Assembly (NCBI GenBank): GCA_965203095.1
Contig: OZ241877.1
Coordinates: forward strand, 800,001 to 864,000
Length of the DNA: 64,000 bases
Origin: Bdellovibrionales bacterium
GTDB lineage: Bacteria > Bdellovibrionota > Bdellovibrionia > Bdellovibrionales > UBA1609
Direction of reading: 5' to 3'
Shown: piece after piece, positions 9,721-18,291 of the stretch
How the letters are laid out: the number at the start of each line of letters is the position of its first letter
Numbering within the stretch: the first letter of the stretch is position 1
The notes under the pieces: generated by a model
What the model was told of the DNA's origin: nothing
The model's input: the letters and a program-made list of their open reading frames with translations, nothing else
The model's database searches: none
Program-made: the position numbers and the translations under genes

Positions 9721-10239
9721 TCATATTTCCTCCTTTTTTGAGAGTTTTCTCTCAATCTCTTTTTGAACCTCTAAGGGGACTAAACCCTTCAAATCCCCTT
9801 TGTGAAATGCAATCTCTTTGATCCACTTGGCACTAACCATTTCTGTCTCTGTCCCTGAGAAAAGAAAAAGAGTCTCCATCTCTGGAAAAATTTTTTTATT
9901 GTTCACAGCCAAATCCCTCTCATAAGGAAAGTCTGTCACCGATCGGATCCCTCTTAAAACAATGGAAATATTATGTTTTTTTAAATAATCTGTGGTTAAA
10001 CCCTCATGCTTTTCCACTTGAACATTGGGAATATGTTTAACAGCAGACCGAGCCATTTGTGCTCTTTCATCTAAAGAAAACCAGTATTTTTTATGAATGG
10101 AAGAGGCCACTAATAAAGTCACTTTTTCAAACAAAAGGGCAAAGCGACTAACCATATCTATATGGGCACAAGTGATAGGGTCAAAACTGCCCGGATAAAG
10201 ACCTTGATAAAATTTACTATTTTTTCCGCCGGCAAACAT
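9721..10239 (-). CDS. coaD: Phosphopantetheine adenylyltransferase
   Basis: YPGSFDPIT..H, RGIRSVTDFPYE; start likely ATG 10239; follows rsmD as usual. Confidence 0.9.
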   Translation of the reverse strand: MFAGGKNSKFYQGLYPGSFDPITCAHIDMVSRFALLFEKVTLLVASSIHKKYWFSLDERAQMARSAVKHIPNVQVEKHEGLTTDYLKKHNISIVLRGIRSVTDFPYERDLAVNNKKIFPEMETLFLFSGTETEMVSAKWIKEIAFHKGDLKGLVPLEVQKEIERKLSKKEEI

Positions 10240-10792
10240 AAAACCATATCTTTTTATCACTAAAGGCTTTTTGAGAAAAGAGATAAAAATGGCCATAATT
10301 GATTTTTAAAGACTCTTTAGCAGAGGTTTCAATAGCCACAACAGAACCAGGAGCTGGTAAAGGGCTGTTTTTCAGGATCTGCATGAGGCTTTCTCCGGCC
10401 TGAAGACGAAAAGGAGGGTCTGCTATAATTATATGGAAAAGAACCAGCTTAGGGGATTTTGGAACGGATTTCTGTTTTAAAAAAGAAAAGACATTGGCTT
10501 TATGCAGTAAAAGTTTTTCAGGATGAGGCAAAATGAGGGCGTTTTTTTTTATTATCTTAAGACATGCAGGATCTTTTTCCACAGCATGGGATGCTTTAGC
10601 CCCACGGGATAAAGCCTCTATGGCCAACTGGCCTGTCCCGGAAAACAGATCTAAAAAGAAACAACCTTCAAAAAAGAAGGGTGAAAGCACATTAAAGATC
10701 ATCTCCTTAGCCTGATTAGTCATGGGCCTTAAAGATGGTGGGCCTTTTAGACTGAGTTTTCTCCCCTTGCATGTTCCGCTAATAATTCTCAT
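10217..10792 (-). CDS. rsmD: 16S rRNA (guanine966-N2)-methyltransferase
   Basis: MRIISG..KGRKL, LRP, LDLFSGTG, EALSRGA, DPPF. Confidence 0.9.
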   Translation of the reverse strand: MRIISGTCKGRKLSLKGPPSLRPMTNQAKEMIFNVLSPFFFEGCFFLDLFSGTGQLAIEALSRGAKASHAVEKDPACLKIIKKNALILPHPEKLLLHKANVFSFLKQKSVPKSPKLVLFHIIIADPPFRLQAGESLMQILKNSPLPAPGSVVAIETSAKESLKINYGHFYLFSQKAFSDKKIWFYVCRRKK

Positions 10793-11175
10793 TTTTCGCT
10801 CTGGCAAAGTTGTTCGGCCTTTTCAATCAGTTGAAAAATATCCGCAAAAGGTTTAGGAATGAAAAGGTCAGCCCCTTTGTTTTTTATATCCTTTGCACTC
10901 ATTTCATCATGGGCGGAGATCATAATGGTTTTAGCCTTTGAGCCTTCCGGAATTTTTTTTAATAGATCCCACCCGCTCATTTGTGGAAGTAAAATATCTA
11001 TAAAAGCCAGATCCGGATCAAAAGAGGGCCATAAAGATAAAGCCTCCATAGCTCCGCCAACAGATCGCACCTTATGCCCTCGGCTTTTTCCTGCCAATTC
11101 AATAGCTCGCCGGATCAAAAGCTCGTCATCTACGACTAAAATTTTGAGATTTTTTTTAAAAGCCGGCATAATCAC
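10789..11175 (-). CDS. Single-domain response regulator (receiver only)
   Basis: ILVVDDE, FIDILLPQMSG, ISAH, PKPF. Confidence 0.85.
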   Translation of the reverse strand: MIMPAFKKNLKILVVDDELLIRRAIELAGKSRGHKVRSVGGAMEALSLWPSFDPDLAFIDILLPQMSGWDLLKKIPEGSKAKTIMISAHDEMSAKDIKNKGADLFIPKPFADIFQLIEKAEQLCQSEK

Positions 11176-11245
11176 CCCAGGTTAGATATGGATTCCCGTT
11201 TGCACGGGAATGACAGGTTTTTTTAAAAGCTGGCATAATCACCCC
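11151..11245. repeat. 28-bp direct repeat (11151-11178, 11218-11245; 1 mismatch) flanking a REP-like palindrome (11190-11214)
   Basis: tttttttaaaagc(c/t)ggcataatcacccc twice, with GGATTCCCGTTTGCACGGGAATGAC between. Confidence 0.9.
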
Positions 11246-12165
11246 GTGCTGGAGACAAAAACAATATAAAAAAAATAAGAGACAATAAAAAAACCAAACA
11301 GAATTTTAGGAATTTTTTTAAAAAAGAAAAGGCTCAAAGCCAGCAGTCCAGTCACAAAGATCATAAAAAAGTAATCATAATAAAGCTCTTTTGAAAAATG
11401 AAGAGGTTTAAATAATCCAGCAGATCCCAGGACAAACAAAGTGTTAAAAATGTTAGACCCTACAATGTTTCCTAAGGCCATCCCTCCTTCTTTTTTAAGG
11501 ACAGATTGCAAAGAGGCGGCCAATTCCGGAAGACTTGTGCTCAAAGACAAAATAAAAACCCCAGCAAATCTCTCAGATAAAGAAAAAGTCTCAACTAAAT
11601 TTAAAGAAGAGTCCACTGATAGAGAGGAACCTGCAAACAAAAGCACAAAACCAACAGCTAATGCTAAAAAAGATTTTTTAATAGAAAAATGTTTATCTAA
11701 AGGAAGAACCTCCTGTGAGGGTTTTTTCCTTTTTTGAAATAAAAGAACAAGATATAAGGTGAAAATCCCTATCAAAAATAAAGCCTCTAAAAAGTTAATT
11801 TTTTGGTCTATAGAAAATAAAGCTAAAATAAGGCTGGAACCTATAAGAACAGGCATATCTAACTGAAGGATCTGCTTTTCTCTCTGAAAACTGTAAAAAA
11901 GCCCTGTCAAAGCCAAAACCAAAAGAATATTGATCACATTGGAGCCTATAATATTCCCTAAAGCCGCGTCCGGCCGATCTTTAAGCCCAGCAGTCATTGT
12001 CACAAACCATTCCGGAGCGGAAGAAACAAAACCCAAAACCACAATGCTTAAAAATAAAGGCTTAACTTTAAAACGAATGGAAAAGGATTTTAAAGAACCC
12101 ACTAACCAATGACTTCCTAAAGCCAAACAACTCAAACCCAGAAAAAGCCAGAGGAGATCTTTCAT
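11239..12165 (-). CDS. Sodium/calcium exchanger family antiporter (YrbG-like)
   Basis: Two alpha repeats: SSAPE...GNIIGSNVINI and TSLPE...GNIVGSNIFN; ~10 TM. Confidence 0.9.
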   Translation of the reverse strand: MKDLLWLFLGLSCLALGSHWLVGSLKSFSIRFKVKPLFLSIVVLGFVSSAPEWFVTMTAGLKDRPDAALGNIIGSNVINILLVLALTGLFYSFQREKQILQLDMPVLIGSSLILALFSIDQKINFLEALFLIGIFTLYLVLLFQKRKKPSQEVLPLDKHFSIKKSFLALAVGFVLLFAGSSLSVDSSLNLVETFSLSERFAGVFILSLSTSLPELAASLQSVLKKEGGMALGNIVGSNIFNTLFVLGSAGLFKPLHFSKELYYDYFFMIFVTGLLALSLFFFKKIPKILFGFFIVSYFFYIVFVSSTG

Positions 12166-12438
12166 AAGCTCAGCCTTGAGTGGGATCTATAAAATATTAC
12201 ATACATAATTCTAATAGTGCCTATACAATTTTTATCTTGTTTCATTTAAGAAAATAATCAAAAACCGGACTTTAGGCTATTGTTTATTTTAAAAATAGCA
12301 ACTTTTTAAGCAGATATTGGTATTTTCTTTAAATTGCAATGGAGCCGGTTGGTTTATTGTCTCTGTCCCTATTATAAGTTTGCTTTTCACACAAGTCAGG
12401 ACAGGTTGCAGTGTTTCAACATGAACAGGAGCTTAAAC

Positions 12439-12867
12439 ATGCCTAAAAATCACCCTATCAATCAAAATATCCCTATCCATAAAGATGTGATCAAACGATT
12501 TTCAAAAAAAGTAGCTTTAGAATTATATGAAAAGCTTATTAACAAGAAAGCAGAAGTTCAAAATCGACCTTATGATTCTAAATCTGCACTTTCGCTTTTA
12601 GGTGGTGAAAAAGGAGGAGATCAGGCCGATCAAGTGAGCCGACTGCAAGAGGAGGCCCGCCACACAGGGCAAATACAAAGGGATCGTTTTTTGTTAGAGC
12701 AGGTGTTTCTGGCCTTAAAGCGAATGGAGTCTGGGGAATATGGCTTATGCCGGCAGACCGGAGATGTGATTGAACTCAACCGTCTGCAATCCTTACCATG
12801 GACCACTTTAAGCCTTGAAGGTGCAGAGATAGAAGAAAGTGAACGCGGTCATTTCAAACAGATTTGA
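12439..12867 (+). CDS. DksA/TraR family protein, one-cysteine type
   Basis: GDQADQ coiled-coil tip; 'ALKRMESGEYGLCRQTGDVIELNRLQSLPWTTLS'; RBS AGGAG before ATG 12439. Confidence 0.8.
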   Translation: MPKNHPINQNIPIHKDVIKRFSKKVALELYEKLINKKAEVQNRPYDSKSALSLLGGEKGGDQADQVSRLQEEARHTGQIQRDRFLLEQVFLALKRMESGEYGLCRQTGDVIELNRLQSLPWTTLSLEGAEIEESERGHFKQI

Positions 12868-13912
12868 GCTTTTTTTGCGAAAGCAGAGCTAAACCTGAAA
12901 GATAATAAATCAACCGAGCAGAGACATTTCCATTCCATTCAGCAAATGAAGTCTTCCCAAGTGTAGTTTTCCCAAGTAAAATTTTCCCAGGAGAAGTTTC
13001 TACCACATCAAAAGCCATCAGTTTTTTGTTTTGCCTCTGAATTTCAGAAAATAAATAAATGACTTGGTTGAAAGAAAGCCCACCAGGGACAGGAGTTCCT
13101 ACCCCTGGAGCCTCAGTCCAAGAGAGGCCATCCACATCCAAGGAGATATAAATTTCAGAAGGCAATAGGCCAATGATATGCCGGCACAAGTCGGCCCATT
13201 TTCCTCCAGAAAAAAGCTGAGAAGATATATCCCCATCAAAAAAACAGTGAATGCGGGAATCCTGTTGAATTTGCTGATATTCTTCTTCACAAAAATCTCT
13301 CACCCCCACTTGAACCATCTTTAAAGGAGAAAAATCTAAATTTAAAACATTGTGCATTATAGAGGCATGAGATCGCTTAAAGCCCTGATAAGCTGGCCGT
13401 AAATCCGCATGAGCGTCAATCACTAAAAGGCCGTATTGCCCCTTTAGATTTTCCCCTACGGCCCGAATCAAAGCCTCGCTTACAGAATGTTCCCCACCCA
13501 CCAGAGCAGGGATTTTCCCTTTTTGAAGGACTCTCACAGATCTTTCATAAAGCCAATCGATCAAGCTCTCACTGGCCTGATTGACTTTTTCGCTTAAAGC
13601 CTTCTCTTTCTGGTTTAAAATTTTGTCTTCCTCCCATTTTTTTTGAATGCCTTTGGCCCAATCGCTGGCCTGTTTGTTGAGGGAAATGATCAGAGGATCT
13701 TCAGCAGAAAAATGAATCTGCCGGTGATAGGCCCTACCAAAAAAAGGGTTGAAAAAATCCAACTGAGAAGAAGCCTCCCGAATCAGCTGAGGCCCTTTGC
13801 CAGTCCCTTTAAGATAAGAAGCGGTGGCCTGCCAAGGAGCAGGGATCAAAATCACATCCGCCTCTTGAAAAGAGGTTTTGACTCCAAAAGCTTTTGTTTT
13901 TTGATTTTTCAT
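12854..13912 (-). CDS. Agmatinase / arginase-family ureohydrolase
   Basis: GGEHS, DAHAD, SLDVDGL, GTPVPGG motifs. Confidence 0.85.
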   Translation of the reverse strand: MKNQKTKAFGVKTSFQEADVILIPAPWQATASYLKGTGKGPQLIREASSQLDFFNPFFGRAYHRQIHFSAEDPLIISLNKQASDWAKGIQKKWEEDKILNQKEKALSEKVNQASESLIDWLYERSVRVLQKGKIPALVGGEHSVSEALIRAVGENLKGQYGLLVIDAHADLRPAYQGFKRSHASIMHNVLNLDFSPLKMVQVGVRDFCEEEYQQIQQDSRIHCFFDGDISSQLFSGGKWADLCRHIIGLLPSEIYISLDVDGLSWTEAPGVGTPVPGGLSFNQVIYLFSEIQRQNKKLMAFDVVETSPGKILLGKTTLGKTSFAEWNGNVSARLIYYLSGLALLSQKKLKSV

Positions 13913-14014
13913 ATTTTTTAACTTGAGCTATTGCAGAGTTTTATGCTACATTGTTTTTGTTGAAAAAAAAAGCCTTGTTTAAAAGCAATTTCTAAAAAAA
14001 CCAGCTTATCTAAA

Positions 14015-15645
14015 ATGATCCTTTGGCCTCAACATGCTCTTTCCTGTTTTTTTGCCTCTGTCTTTTTTATATGGCTTTGTTCCTGTTCCGGGCCTGAGCT
14101 GAGGATCCTTCGGGAAGAAACTTTTTTTAACAATTTAGATGGCCAGCCGGAAAACCTGCACCCTATCCGAAGCACAGACACCTACTCTTCTATTGTTCAA
14201 TCGCATATTTTGGAATCTCTACTGCAAAGGAATAGCAACACTTACCAATGGGAGCCTCAACTGGCCCGGCACTGGAGTATCAGTCCAGATGGCCAAACCT
14301 TCACCTTTGAGTTATATGACAATTTAAAATGGTCTGACGGTCAGGACCTGACAACAAAAGACATCGAATTTTCTTTTTTAGCTTACAAAAATCCAAAGTA
14401 TGGGGGGATTAGATATTTATCTTATTTTGAAAAAATGGATTCAGTTAAAATTTTAAGCCGAACAAAAATTCAGTTTAAGGTCAAATCCCCTTATTTTAAA
14501 AATTTTCAAATCATTGCCGGAATGGACATTTTACCAGAGCATATTTATAAAGACCCTCAACTCAAACTGTCAAAAACTGTTATAGGTTCTGGCCCTTATG
14601 TTTTAGATCAATACATCCGGGGGAAAATTTTAGTTTTAAGAAAAAACCCCCTCTGGAGGGGAAAAACACTCCCAGAAAATAAAAACAAATGGCAGTTTGA
14701 GACTATAGCTTTTCGTTTTGTAGGTGGAGAGGCCGACATTATCTTAAGGATGGAAAAAAATCATATTGATTTCTCCTACCTCTCACCTGCGACTTTCTTT
14801 GAAAAAACAACTAAAGCCCCTTGGGGGACAAAAATTAAAAAGTTCAATTCAGCAATAAAGAACCAAGAGGCTATAGTTTTATTGGTTTCAATTTAAAAAA
14901 ACCTATTTTTCAAGATAGAAAAGTGAGAAAAGCTCTGGCTCATCTTATGAATCGAGAGCTAATGAATAAAAAATTTAGTTATGGACAAAGGGAAGTGGCC
15001 AGAGGGCCTTGGTATTTTTGGAGTGATTATGCCGACCCCTCAATTCCAGCTATAGAGTTTAACCCTAAAAAAGCCATAAAAATTTTAAAATCTTCTGGTT
15101 GGAATGACCAGGATCAAAACGGCATTTTAGAAAAGACAATCAAAGGCCAAATTAGGGAGCTTTCCTGGACTCTTATTTTCTCTAATCCTGAGAGCACAAA
15201 ACATCTCACTATCTATCAAGAGGATTTAAAAAAAGCAGGAGTTAAACTCAGTTTGAAAATTTTAGATTGGGCCAGCTTTTTACGGTTAATAGATGACAAA
15301 AATTTTGATGCGGTTATGTTGGGATGGGGGGCAGGAAGTATTGATTTTGATCCCAAACAGATTTGGCATTCAGAAAGTGCTCAAAAAAATGGATCTAATT
15401 TTATCAGCTATTCTAACCCTCAAGTGGACAGATTAATAGATCAGGGGCGATCTCATTTAGACAAAAAAAAGAGGGTTAAAGCTTTTAAAGAAGTTTATCG
15501 CCTTATTGCTGAAGACAGCCCTTATATTTTCATGTTTCACTCCCGCAAAAGGTTTTATGGCCTTCAAAAAAGGGTTAAGAGTCCGGCACCAGCTCTTAAC
15601 TATGGTTTGGGAATGCACTATTGGAGCTTAAGGCCATCGCATTGA
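14015..15645 (+). pseudogene. ABC-type oligopeptide-binding protein (family 5), split by a 1-nt frameshift at ~14837-14841 (real or sequencing error)
   Basis: ORFs 14015-14896 and 14923-15645 join as ...GTKIKKVQFSNKEPRGYSFIGFNLKKPIFQDRKVRKAL if one A is added to the A5 run. Confidence 0.75.
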
Positions 15646-15670
15646 TTTTTTTACAGAGAGTTAAATAAAG

Positions 15671-15762
15671 TGTCCCATTTTAAAACAAGGCTGTTCAATT
15701 TGAATACAGTGGATCAAAGTGCCGGGATTTTTTTCTTCAAAAAACTGTCTCAATTTGAGATT
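15671..15762. promoter_or_regulatory. Tandem TGT-N11-ACA palindromic sites (putative transcription-factor operators)
   Basis: 15671-15687 and 15692-15708 perfect TGT-N11-ACA, starts 21 bp apart; related TGTCTCAATTTGAGATT at 15746-15762. Confidence 0.45.
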
Positions 15763-15943
15763 CTTTAGCAAAAAGCTATTGATTTAAAAAAAAATGCCGA
15801 TGAGTTTTATAGAGGACTAAAATGATATTATCAAAAAAATTATTTTCAGCCCTCAAAAAGGAAATAGAGTGAGGTTCTTCTAAAAAACTTTATAACAAGC
15901 CCTCATTCTACACATTAAATAAAAGAGGTAAAAAAGGAGAAAC

Positions 15944-16264
15944 ATGCTGAAACATAACATTTCCACAGAAATCTTATCCCTCAGAACAAAGGAACTTGTC
16001 TCTCGTCAAAATTTTTTGTCTTCTGCTACAAAAAGAGGTTTAACAGTTTGTATTAAAAAAAAGTCTTTTCTTATCCCAGAACAAGATCTTCCAAAAATTT
16101 TAAATCATCCTGTCCAGCTTTTTTTAGATCAATATGAAATCGCTGTTTATGGGGTGATCACAAAAATTCGCGTTATAAAAGAAGATCTTTTTGAAATTTC
16201 TATTGGTTTTACAAAAGAGACTCCTTTATACTACAGAGAATGCGTGGGCGATCTATTAAATTAA
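15944..16264 (+). CDS. Hypothetical protein, possibly degenerate PilZ-like beta-barrel
   Basis: RBS AAGGAG; pattern 'VYGVITKIRV..FEISIGF..PLYYRECVGDLL'. Confidence 0.55.
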   Translation: MLKHNISTEILSLRTKELVSRQNFLSSATKRGLTVCIKKKSFLIPEQDLPKILNHPVQLFLDQYEIAVYGVITKIRVIKEDLFEISIGFTKETPLYYRECVGDLLN

Positions 16265-16734
16265 AATCTAAAAAAACCAATACAAGCTATCGGAGGAGCT
16301 TATCTCCGGCTTGGCCTAAAGAGGTTTTTATTTGGACAGACGGAGCTTGTAGAGGAAATCCCGGACCTTGCTCCTTAGGTCTTCAAGTTTTAAACCGTGA
16401 TGGGCAGATCTTGCATGAGGAAGCCCTCTATTTAGAAAACAACAACACCAACAATTTTGCTGAGTATAGGGCAGTTATTCGAGCTCTTGAACTGGCGGTT
16501 CAACAAGCTGTTCAAAAACTGTCCCTATTTTCTGACAGCCAACTGATCATCCGCCAATTAGAGAAAAAATATAAAGTCAAATCCTCTAACCTAAAACCTC
16601 TTTTTAAACAATGTCAGAAGTTTTTAAAAAAAATTCCCGAAGTTCATCTCAAATATATTAGTAGAGAACAAAATAAACCAGCCGATGCTTTAGCCAATCA
16701 GGCTTTAGATGAAAAATTCAAAAAAAGGAAATAA
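16240..16734 (+). CDS. rnhA: Ribonuclease HI family protein
   Basis: TDGACRGNPG, TNNFAEY, SDSQL, REQNKPADALAN. Confidence 0.85.
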   Translation: MRGRSIKLKSKKTNTSYRRSLSPAWPKEVFIWTDGACRGNPGPCSLGLQVLNRDGQILHEEALYLENNNTNNFAEYRAVIRALELAVQQAVQKLSLFSDSQLIIRQLEKKYKVKSSNLKPLFKQCQKFLKKIPEVHLKYISREQNKPADALANQALDEKFKKRK

Positions 16735-16736
16735 AA

Positions 16737-17705
16737 ATGAGTTTTCTTATTCGTCCAGCAGATTTTCAAGATAAAGAAGATCTTTTGGAGTTATCTCATT
16801 TTTTCCCACTTTGCAGTTTGCCTAAAAACTCTCTTAAGCTTAAAAAAAAGCTGGAGGTGAGCCAAGAGTCTTTCAAAGGGATCCGGCCTAAAGAGGAAAG
16901 AAATTATATTTTCGTCTTAGAAGATCAAAAGGCAAAAAAAGTCATCGGCTCCAGTCAAATTTTATCTTATTTTGGCCCTCATCAGTCCTTATGTTATTTT
17001 CTTAAAACATACAAAAAAAATATTTTTTTAGAATTGAAAAAGATCTCTACAGGGCAAAATCAAATAGGGGGCTTGATTGTGCATCCTGCATATCGCAAAA
17101 AGCCCTCCCTGTTAGGCTTGCAAATTGGTCTAACTCGTTTTTTATATATAAAAAGTTTTCCAAAAGATTTTTCTTCTCTTATAGAAGTGAGCCTCACTGC
17201 TCCTTTTACTGGATCAAAAAATGAATTTTGGAAAGAAACGGGGCAAAAGCAGTTAAAAATAAGCTATTCTTCTGCTTTAAAAAAGCTCCAAACGGATCGC
17301 CTTTCTTTTTATTCTCTTTTTCCAAAAAAATTAAAAATTCCTTTATCCCAGCTGAGTGAAAAAGCTCAAAATTGCCTTCAGGAAGTTCATCCGCAAACCT
17401 ATCCTGCCTTAACTGGTCTTTTAAAAAGAGGGTTTCAAGCAAGTTCTCGTCGTCACATACTGGACGGAGGGATTTATTTAGAAGCTTTTTGGAGGGATCT
17501 GCCCTTTCTTAAAAAAGCCAAAAGTCTTTTTTTAAAAAAAGACAAAAAAATAAAAGGTTCTGCCTTTCTTTTATCACAAAACAGCCCACAGGGTTTTAAC
17601 TGTCAAAAAGTTTTAGGCCAGCTGAGTGGAAACCGGTTTTTAATTCAAGCTATTCCCAGGGTTTTTTCCGATAAAAAAAAGGTTTTGGCATTAAAATTCC
17701 CTTGA
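16737..17705 (+). CDS. astA: Arginine N-succinyltransferase
   Basis: FLIRPA.., YIFVLED, IGGLIVHPAYR, EVHPQT.PA..LL..GF, DGG pattern of AstA. Confidence 0.75.
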   Translation: MSFLIRPADFQDKEDLLELSHFFPLCSLPKNSLKLKKKLEVSQESFKGIRPKEERNYIFVLEDQKAKKVIGSSQILSYFGPHQSLCYFLKTYKKNIFLELKKISTGQNQIGGLIVHPAYRKKPSLLGLQIGLTRFLYIKSFPKDFSSLIEVSLTAPFTGSKNEFWKETGQKQLKISYSSALKKLQTDRLSFYSLFPKKLKIPLSQLSEKAQNCLQEVHPQTYPALTGLLKRGFQASSRRHILDGGIYLEAFWRDLPFLKKAKSLFLKKDKKIKGSAFLLSQNSPQGFNCQKVLGQLSGNRFLIQAIPRVFSDKKKVLALKFP

Positions 17706-17903
17706 AAACGGGAATCCAGGAGTCTCAATCTTTTCCACAAAAATTTATTGAAAAACCTTATTCCCTAGCTTTTTCTCCAAAGGCCGTTCCATTTCGGGAC
17801 GGCAATACCTTGGACCCTCATGAAACGGCCTTTGGACAAAAACAGTTGAAAAGGTTAAAAAATGATTCTGTCAGCGAAATACTGAACATTTACAGGAATG
17901 ACT
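17696..17903 (+). mobile_element. ~208-bp composite MITE/REP-doublet-like element, copy 1, with central 71-bp hairpin (17771-17841)
   Basis: Starts ATTCCC-N8-GGGAATCC, ends GATTC...GGAATGAC; 7 differences over 186 nt from the inverted copy at 32721-32927. Confidence 0.75.
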
Positions 17904-17907
17904 CAGC

Positions 17908-18291
17908 CTAAACAGCTTTCTCTTTTTTCCACCTTGTTTTAAACATGTTTTGTAAAACATAAAAAAGTAAAAAAGTTAAAATGGAACTCAAACCTATCAA
18001 AAAGGCTTTGCCATCAAGAAACCATAAAACAGCGATCAAAACAACAAGCAAACTCAACCATTTAAGAGAGAGGATAAGGAAAGCTAAGGCTCGTCTTTTT
18101 TTCTTAAAAAGCAAGGAGGCCGAGTAAAAAAACAAAAGCATATAAAAATTAGCAAAAACAAATCCAGTAAAAAAAGCTATCCGGCTCAAACCAAAAAAAT
18201 AAACCAAAATGAACAAGAGCAAACCATAAAGAACTTGAAAGGCAAAACCTTTTAAGCCTAACGGAAATGTCTGTAAAAATTTAAAAACCAT
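17908..18291 (-). CDS. ATP synthase protein I (AtpI)-like 4-TM membrane protein
   Basis: Four hydrophobic segments, 'GFVFANF', 'LILSLKW', 'FLIGL'; directly downstream of an AtpZ-like gene; start uncertain. Confidence 0.55.
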   Translation of the reverse strand: MVFKFLQTFPLGLKGFAFQVLYGLLLFILVYFFGLSRIAFFTGFVFANFYMLLFFYSASLLFKKKRRALAFLILSLKWLSLLVVLIAVLWFLDGKAFLIGLSSILTFLLFYVLQNMFKTRWKKEKAV

